Of a stretch of DNA of 64,000 nt, positions 58,339-64,000 are shown piece after piece (position 1 is the first letter of the stretch; each line of letters starts with the position of its first letter). The stretch covers positions 6,294,328 through 6,358,327 of the forward strand of contig NC_017030.1 of assembly GCF_000255295.1 (NCBI RefSeq), written 5' to 3'. The translations under genes were made by a program, and so were the position numbers. The DNA comes from Corallococcus coralloides DSM 2259 (GTDB lineage Bacteria > Myxococcota > Myxococcia > Myxococcales > Myxococcaceae). The notes below the pieces were generated by a model. The model saw nothing but the letters and a program-made list of their open reading frames with translations. It was not told the origin of the DNA and did no database searches.

Positions 58339-58568
58339 GCATGCCTCCGGGCCCCCTCGTACCGGGCGCCCAAAGGGCCCTGTTAGCAGAGACACCACGC
58401 CCTTTCACGTCCGCCCGCCTGCCCTGCGTCCCACCATGCGTGCGGAATGGGAGGTGAGGTTTCCCCACCTGGGATCCAACCCTAGGTTTCTCGCGGTCTT
58501 CGCTCGGGACGGGAAGCGTCCGGGCGAGCGCCCTACAACCGCGAATTGGGGATGGGAGTGACGCAGCC

Positions 58569-58961
58569 ATGAGCCGAGCCGACGACTTGTTGAAGATCCG
58601 GGGCCTGTTGCAGGAGCGTCGCAGGACGACCGAGACCGCCCAGGCGGGCGCCCGCCGTGAGCTGGCCGCCCTGAAGGATCAGGAGCGCGATCCCGAGTAC
58701 GAGGAGCAGGCGCAAGCGGAGCTGGCGGACTACACGCTCTCCACGCTGATTGAAGCGCAGCGCCGGGAGATCATGCTCATCGACGCCGCGCTGAGCCGCA
58801 TGGAGAACGACGTGTTCGGCGAGTGCGTGGACTGCGGCAACGAAATCTCGCTGGACCGGCTGGAGGCCATGCCCTTCGCCATCCGCTGTGAAGAAGACGC
58901 CGCCATCCACGAGCAGGAGACGCGGGAGGCCGCGCGCCACGTGGGCAGCCTGTCCCTCTAG
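58569..58961 (+). CDS. DksA/TraR-family C4 zinc-finger protein
   Basis: CVDCGNEISLDRLEAMPFAIRC four-Cys finger and an N-terminal coiled coil. Confidence 0.8.
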   Translation: MSRADDLLKIRGLLQERRRTTETAQAGARRELAALKDQERDPEYEEQAQAELADYTLSTLIEAQRREIMLIDAALSRMENDVFGECVDCGNEISLDRLEAMPFAIRCEEDAAIHEQETREAARHVGSLSL

Positions 58962-59023
58962 CGAAGCCGTTCAAGCGCTCCCCCGTGCGTCCATCCCGCG
59001 CGGGGGAGTCGTGCATCCGGCGG

Positions 59024-59599
59024 CTACTCCGCGTCGCGCTGGAGCACGATGAAGCGGTAGTTCTGCAGCTCGTTCTCGCCCGCCGTGTAGAGCACCGTGA
59101 GCAGCAGATCGTACGGGACCATCTTGTCCGCGATGACCGACAGCTCGTGCGTGAAGGGCGCCGCCGGGTTGCGCTCTTCGATGTACTTGAGCTTCGAAAC
59201 TTCCTTCTTCAGCTGCGCGTCCAGCCCCGCCACCAGGCGCCCCTGAAGCTGGGACTCCGGGATGCGGCCGTCCTTCAGCCGCACCACCTCTTTGTCCCCC
59301 ACCAGGATGTTCTTGGGGGTGATGGTGATGGCCACCGTGTCCTTGGGCGAGGCGCGCGTGGACGACACCGGGGGCCGGACATCTTCCGACGCGGTGATGG
59401 CCGCGGAAGACGACGCGAAGGACTTCAGGAGGAACACCAGGATGATGGTCATCATGTCCATCATCGCGGTGATGTTGAGCTCCTTCACCTCGCTGGCGGC
59501 CTCGCGCTCCTTGCGCTTCTTGCGCGCGAGGGCCCGGCGGTAGCGCATGCGCGCGAGCTGGTCGGCTTCCTCGGCGGACAGGGTCGCGGGTTCGGACAT
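59024..59599 (-). CDS. ExbD/TolR-family protein (paralog 2)
   Basis: Single TM helix with the conserved Asp (ITAMMDMMTIILVFLL) and an ExbD periplasmic domain. Confidence 0.8.
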   Translation of the reverse strand: MSEPATLSAEEADQLARMRYRRALARKKRKEREAASEVKELNITAMMDMMTIILVFLLKSFASSSAAITASEDVRPPVSSTRASPKDTVAITITPKNILVGDKEVVRLKDGRIPESQLQGRLVAGLDAQLKKEVSKLKYIEERNPAAPFTHELSVIADKMVPYDLLLTVLYTAGENELQNYRFIVLQRDAE

Positions 59600-59601
59600 G
59601 G

Positions 59602-60126
59602 CTAGAGGACGCCCAGGGTGACGTCGGGGAAGAGCAGCTTGCGCTCGGCGACGGTGCCCGTCGTCTCACGCAGGGCGTCCATCGTCTGGATCAGCGCCTC
59701 GTAGGGGATGTCCGGATCCGCCGCGACGATGACCTTCGTCTCCTGCGGGAAGGCGGCCTTGAGCTTCACCATCTGCGCGTTCAGCGCGGCGAAGTCCTGC
59801 GTGCCGTCCGCGCGCAGCGGCAGCGTGGGCGCCCCGCCCTCCGTGACGGGGATCTCCGCGCTGTCGCCCCGGACGATGAGCCCCTTCTGGGAGATGAGCA
59901 CGGACAGGTTCAGCTTGCGCGCGTCCGCGTCGCCACCCGCCCCCGCGGCGGCGCCGTAGCTGGGCGCGTTCACGTTGAGCGCGCCAAAGGCGGTGAGGCC
60001 CGTGATCGACAGCAGCATGAAGATGATGAGGTTCATGAGGATGTCGAGGTACGGGACGATGTTCAGCTCGCCCGCCTCCTCCTCTTCCCTCGGCTTCAGC
60101 TTTCGGCGCGAATAGTGGAACGCCAT
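59602..60126 (-). CDS. ExbD/TolR-family protein (paralog 1)
   Basis: NIVPYLDILMNLIIFML TM helix with the conserved Asp. There is a 2-nt gap to the next ExbD gene. Confidence 0.8.
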   Translation of the reverse strand: MAFHYSRRKLKPREEEEAGELNIVPYLDILMNLIIFMLLSITGLTAFGALNVNAPSYGAAAGAGGDADARKLNLSVLISQKGLIVRGDSAEIPVTEGGAPTLPLRADGTQDFAALNAQMVKLKAAFPQETKVIVAADPDIPYEALIQTMDALRETTGTVAERKLLFPDVTLGVL

Positions 60127-60157
60127 GGCGTGTCCGTGGCCCGTGCTTCCGGGCGGC

Positions 60158-60913
60158 TCAGGAAGCGGCGCGGACGTCGGAGTCCGAAGGGACGACTTCC
60201 AGCGAGCCCCGGCGCGACAGGAGGTTCTCCAGCTTCAGCGCGTTGAGCTCCACCAGCTCCACCATGTTCTTGGCGTAGTTGCTGAAGAACAGGTGCGCCA
60301 CGATGCAGAGCACCGCGATGGAGAGCCCGAAGCCCGTGTTGTACATGGCCTCCGAGATGCCGTTGGAGAGCAGCGCCTGCTTCTGCTCCGCCGGCACGTT
60401 GCCCAGCGCGCGGAAGGTGCCGATGAGGCCCACGATGGTGCCGACCAGGCCCACCAGCGTCGCGATGTTCGCGAGCGACCACAGCCACTGCACCCGGCGT
60501 GAGACGTGCGGCGTGTACTCCGCCATCGCCTCCTCCACCGCCTTGGCCACTTCCAGCTCACCCCGGTTCGCGTTGATGAGCCCCGCGCGGATGACGCGGG
60601 CCAGGGGCGAGCGCGGCGCCATGCCGCAGAACTTCACCGCGCGGTCCAGGTTGCCGCTGCGGACCATCTTGTGGACCTGCTCGATGAACGCCGTCGCGTT
60701 GAGGCGGTAGCGGAAGAGCAGCGTCACCGCGCGCTCACCAATCACCGCCAGCGAGGCGGCCAGCCAGAACAGGTTCACGAACATGAACGGGCCGCCGGCC
60801 TTGAACGCGCCGACGATGAAGTCCCCCAGGCCTCCCGAAGAAGCATGGCCCGCTGCTGCGGGAGCGGCCTCGGCCACCACCACACGCAGCAACTCACTGA
60901 CAGAGGGAATCAT
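60158..60913 (-). CDS. MotA/TolQ/ExbB-family proton-channel protein
   Basis: Three TM helices and the C-terminal ExbB/TolQ signature LLSNGISEAMYNTGFGLSIAV. The ATG at 60913 has AAGGA upstream. Confidence 0.8.
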   Translation of the reverse strand: MIPSVSELLRVVVAEAAPAAAGHASSGGLGDFIVGAFKAGGPFMFVNLFWLAASLAVIGERAVTLLFRYRLNATAFIEQVHKMVRSGNLDRAVKFCGMAPRSPLARVIRAGLINANRGELEVAKAVEEAMAEYTPHVSRRVQWLWSLANIATLVGLVGTIVGLIGTFRALGNVPAEQKQALLSNGISEAMYNTGFGLSIAVLCIVAHLFFSNYAKNMVELVELNALKLENLLSRRGSLEVVPSDSDVRAAS

Positions 60914-61076
60914 CGCGACCGCGTCCTTTCGCTGCCCCCCGCGCGCACCCCTGCCGCGAAACGGGCAGGAGGCATGCTGGCGGGCCGGGAGCAATCCGGA
61001 CTTCTAGGACTTCGCCCGCGAGGGTGTCAAGCCAGGGGGCAGAGCCTACCCCCCTGGAATGACTGGGCTTTTGCGC

Positions 61077-63671
61077 TCAGGCTTCCACGGTCGGCGTGGG
61101 AGCAGGCGCTCCTTCCGCGGAAGCCCCCGGAATGGCGGGCTCCACCACCTCGCGGCGGTAGTCGCATTCCTTATTGGGGCAGGCGATGTAGGCGCCGTCC
61201 CGCTTGGAGAACTTCTGCAGCAGGTAGGGCGACGCGCACTGCGGGCACTGCTCCGCGAGCGGCCGGTCCCACGCGGCGAACTTGCACTCCGGATACCGGT
61301 TGCAGCCGAAGAAGATCTTCCCGCGGCCGCTGCGGCGCTCGGTGAGGTACCCCACCTTGCACTCCGGGCAGTTGACGCCAATGGAGATGGGCTTGGACGT
61401 CTTGCAGTCCGGGTAGCCCGAGCACGCCATGAAGCGCCCGAACCGGCCGCGCTTGATCACCATGGGCTTGCCGCACTTCTCGCACTTCTCGTCCGTGGTC
61501 TCCTCCTCCACGATGACGATCTTGCCCTCGGCGTCCCGCTTGAAGTCCTTGGTGTTCTTGCAGTCGGGGTAGTTCGAGCAGGCGAGGAAGTGGCCCATCT
61601 TCCCGAACTTGATGACGAACGGGTTGCCGCACTTCTCGCAGGCGATGTCGGTCTTGATCTCCTCGCGCTTGACGTCGCGCATCTCCGCTTCGGCCTTCTC
61701 CAGGGTCTCCTTGAAGGGGCCGTAGAAGTCGTGCAGCACCGTCTTCCAGGACGCGCCGCCGTCGGAGATCTGGTCCAGCTTCTCCTCCATGCTGGCCGTG
61801 AACGACACGTCCAGCTCATGGGGGAAGTGCTTCACCAGGAGCTCGTTGGTCATCTGGCCCAGGTCGGTGGGACGGAAGCGGCTCTCCAGCTTCTCCACGT
61901 ACTTCTTGTCCTGGATGTTGGAGAGGATGGCCGCGTACGTGGACGGACGCCCGATGCCGCGCTCCTCCAGCTCCTTCACCAGCGTCGCCTCGCTGAAGCG
62001 CGGGGGCGGCTGGGTGAAGTGCTGCTCGTTGAGCAGCTTGTCCAGCGTGAGGACCTCGCCCTCGTTGAGCGGGGGCAGCTCGCCCACCACGTCCTCGGCG
62101 CCCTCTTCACCGGCGGCCTTGGCCTTCTCCGCCGCGGCCTCTTCCTCCGGCGTGAGGCCGGCGCCGTAGACGCCCAGGTAGCCGGGGAACTTCAGCGTGC
62201 TGCCGGACGCGCGGAAGGTGGCGCGGCCCGCGGTGATGTCCGCGGCCGTCTGATCATAGACGGCGGGCTTCATCTGGCACGCGACGAAGCGGTTCCAGAT
62301 GAGCTCGTAGAGCCGGAACATGTCCAGTTCGTCCATGGCGTCGAAGAAGGGACGCACGCGCTCGGGCGGGTACTCCAGGGACGTGGGCCGGATGGCCTCG
62401 TGCGCGTCCTGGGCGCTCTTGCGGCTCTTGTAGACCATGGGCTCCGCGGGCAGGTAGTCCGCGCCGTACTTCTGCCCGATGAACTCGCGCACCTGCGTCA
62501 CGGCGTCGTCCGACAGACGCGTGGAGTCCGTACGCATGTACGTGATGAGCGCCGTCTGGCCCTCCTCACCCAGCGGCACGCCTTCGTACAGCTTCTGCGC
62601 CAGCGTCATCGTCTTCTTGGCGGTGAAGTGCAGCCGGTTCGCCGCCTCCTGCTGGAGCTTGGAGGTGATGAAGGGCGCGGGCGCGTTGCGGCGGCGCTCC
62701 TTGCGGTCCACCTTCGTCACGGTGAAGGGGGCATCCTTCAGCTCCGCGACGAGCCCGTCCGTGGTGGCGCGGTCCTTGAGTTCCACCTTCTTGCCGTCCA
62801 CGCGGGACAGCTTCGCCTTGAAGGGCGGCGGCCCCTGCGGGCCCTGCACCAGCGCGTCCAGCGTCCAGTACTCTTCCGGCTGGAAGGCCTTGATCTCCGC
62901 CTCGCGCTCGACAATCAGGCGCACCGCGACGGACTGCACGCGGCCAGCGGACAGGCCGCGGCGGATCTTCTTCCAGAGCAGCGGCGAGATTTGATAGCCG
63001 ACGAGCCGGTCGAGGATGCGGCGGGTCTGCTGCGAGTCGTAGTTGTCCTGGTTGAGCTCACGCGGCTGCGCGATGGCGTCCTGCACGGCGCGCTTGGTGA
63101 TCTCGTTGAAGGTCACGCGGAGCGAGTCCGGGTGGCCCAGCTCCTCCTTGATGTGCCAGGCGATGGCCTCGCCCTCGCGGTCGGGGTCCGTCGCCAGGAA
63201 GACGCGGTCCACCGTCTTGGCCATCTTCTTCAGCTCGTTGAGGACCTTCTCCTTGCCCTTGATGACCGTGTACTCGGGCTTGAAGTCGTCCTCCACGTCG
63301 ACGCCGATCTTGCTCTTGGGCAGGTCCTTCACGTGCCCCACGGACGCCTTCACCGTGTAGCCGGAGCCCAGGTACTTCTTGATGGTCTTGGCCTTGGCAG
63401 GCGACTCCACCACCACCAGGTAGTGCGGCCCCTTGCCACGGCGCTCAGGCACTTCTTCTTCAGCGTCCGCGTCCGCGTCCACGGTGGGGAGCTCGTCGGC
63501 GTCCGCGCCACGGCGGCGGGCCGCCGTCTTCTTCTTGGCGGTGACCTTCTTGGCAGCCGTCTTCTTCTTGGCGGCCTTCTTGGCCGCCGGCTTCTTCGCA
63601 GCCGCCTTCTTGGGCGTCTCCTCCGCCGCCGCCTCCGTCTGCGCCGCCTGTGTCTTCTTCCGCGTGGCCAT
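61077..63671 (-). CDS. topA: DNA topoisomerase I with Lys/Ala-rich N-terminal tail and C-terminal zinc ribbons
   Basis: TOPRIM YLVVVESPAKAKTIKKYLG, the active-site region and repeated C..C...C..C zinc-finger motifs. N-terminal AAKKPAAKKAAKKK histone-like repeats. Confidence 0.92.
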   Translation of the reverse strand: MATRKKTQAAQTEAAAEETPKKAAAKKPAAKKAAKKKTAAKKVTAKKKTAARRRGADADELPTVDADADAEEEVPERRGKGPHYLVVVESPAKAKTIKKYLGSGYTVKASVGHVKDLPKSKIGVDVEDDFKPEYTVIKGKEKVLNELKKMAKTVDRVFLATDPDREGEAIAWHIKEELGHPDSLRVTFNEITKRAVQDAIAQPRELNQDNYDSQQTRRILDRLVGYQISPLLWKKIRRGLSAGRVQSVAVRLIVEREAEIKAFQPEEYWTLDALVQGPQGPPPFKAKLSRVDGKKVELKDRATTDGLVAELKDAPFTVTKVDRKERRRNAPAPFITSKLQQEAANRLHFTAKKTMTLAQKLYEGVPLGEEGQTALITYMRTDSTRLSDDAVTQVREFIGQKYGADYLPAEPMVYKSRKSAQDAHEAIRPTSLEYPPERVRPFFDAMDELDMFRLYELIWNRFVACQMKPAVYDQTAADITAGRATFRASGSTLKFPGYLGVYGAGLTPEEEAAAEKAKAAGEEGAEDVVGELPPLNEGEVLTLDKLLNEQHFTQPPPRFSEATLVKELEERGIGRPSTYAAILSNIQDKKYVEKLESRFRPTDLGQMTNELLVKHFPHELDVSFTASMEEKLDQISDGGASWKTVLHDFYGPFKETLEKAEAEMRDVKREEIKTDIACEKCGNPFVIKFGKMGHFLACSNYPDCKNTKDFKRDAEGKIVIVEEETTDEKCEKCGKPMVIKRGRFGRFMACSGYPDCKTSKPISIGVNCPECKVGYLTERRSGRGKIFFGCNRYPECKFAAWDRPLAEQCPQCASPYLLQKFSKRDGAYIACPNKECDYRREVVEPAIPGASAEGAPAPTPTVEA

Positions 63672-63694
63672 GGCTCTCCTACCTCGAACTGCCT

Positions 63695-64000
63695 CTAGAC
63701 CTTCTCGTACCGTTTACCCGGGTGCTGGACCACCAGCCCCGACAATTCCAACTCCACCAGGGCGCTCGTGAGCGCCGCGGGCGACAGCGGGCTTGCGGCC
63801 AGCACCTCGTCGAACGAACGGGGAGCCCGGTCCAACAGCCCATAGGCCCCGCGCGCTTCCGCCGACAGCGCCTCCCACCACCCAGCATCCCGCCCCGCGG
63901 GCACCGCGCGGACCGGATGAACGCCTACAACGGCGCAAATCGATTCCGCGGACGTGCAGGCCCGGGCCCGCCCGTCCGCCAGCAGGGCGTTGCAGCCTGC
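63695..64000 (-). CDS. dprA: DNA-processing protein DprA, C-terminal part (5' end beyond the window)
   Basis: C-terminal winged-helix-like tail LTSALVELELSGLVVQHPGKRYEKV. The position immediately upstream of topA is the common dprA-topA arrangement. The frame is open to the window edge. Confidence 0.5.
   Translation of the reverse strand, partial: AGCNALLADGRARACTSAESICAVVGVHPVRAVPAGRDAGWWEALSAEARGAYGLLDRAPRSFDEVLAASPLSPAALTSALVELELSGLVVQHPGKRYEKV

Noticed and set aside
56974-58398. N-terminal extension of trmFO starting at 58398
   Set aside because: The conserved FAD-binding N-terminus begins at [15 protein letters not shown] (58338) with a GGAGG RBS. The extension has no support.
61059-63698. 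879-aa plus-strand ORF
   Set aside because: It is a shadow frame of topA.

Overview
This is a 64-kb high-GC stretch of chromosome with the hallmarks of Myxococcaceae (Myxococcus/Corallococcus-like). Those hallmarks are two MYXO-CTERM-anchored secreted proteins, three eukaryotic-like Ser/Thr kinases, an ELWxxDGT-repeat lipoprotein and a Lys/Ala-rich N-terminal tail on TopA. Most of the window is core housekeeping. On the + strand: metF-hom, mtgA, djlA-like/smr/add/pyrD, coaE and a MaoC dehydratase pair. On the - strand: folD, engB and argD-hslUV, with trmFO, topA-dprA and an ExbB-ExbD-ExbD triad towards the end of the window. Two segments look accessory. The more interesting one is at about 7.85-13.25 kb and uses visibly A/T-richer codons than its surroundings. 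It holds a tandem pair of paralogous Cys-rich small lipoproteins, which is flanked by an intact OmpA-family gene and a degenerate direct copy of that gene's 5' end. Next to it is a tightly coupled four-gene minus-strand operon: a lipoprotein with 17 non-canonical pentapeptide repeats, an SdpA-like protein, an SdpB/HTTM-like membrane protein and an O-antigen-ligase/PglL-like (Wzy_C) membrane protein. No SdpC-type toxin gene is present. I read this operon as a candidate, undescribed lipoprotein modification or maturation system. The second accessory segment is a low-GC islet at about 51.9-53.0 kb with an orphan lipoprotein gene, a strong hairpin and an internal fragment of a tyrosine integrase. 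A large orphan C-terminally anchored protein sits immediately upstream of the integrase fragment. No CRISPR arrays, rRNA genes or convincing tRNA genes were seen. All homology calls are from motif recognition by eye and no database search was run.
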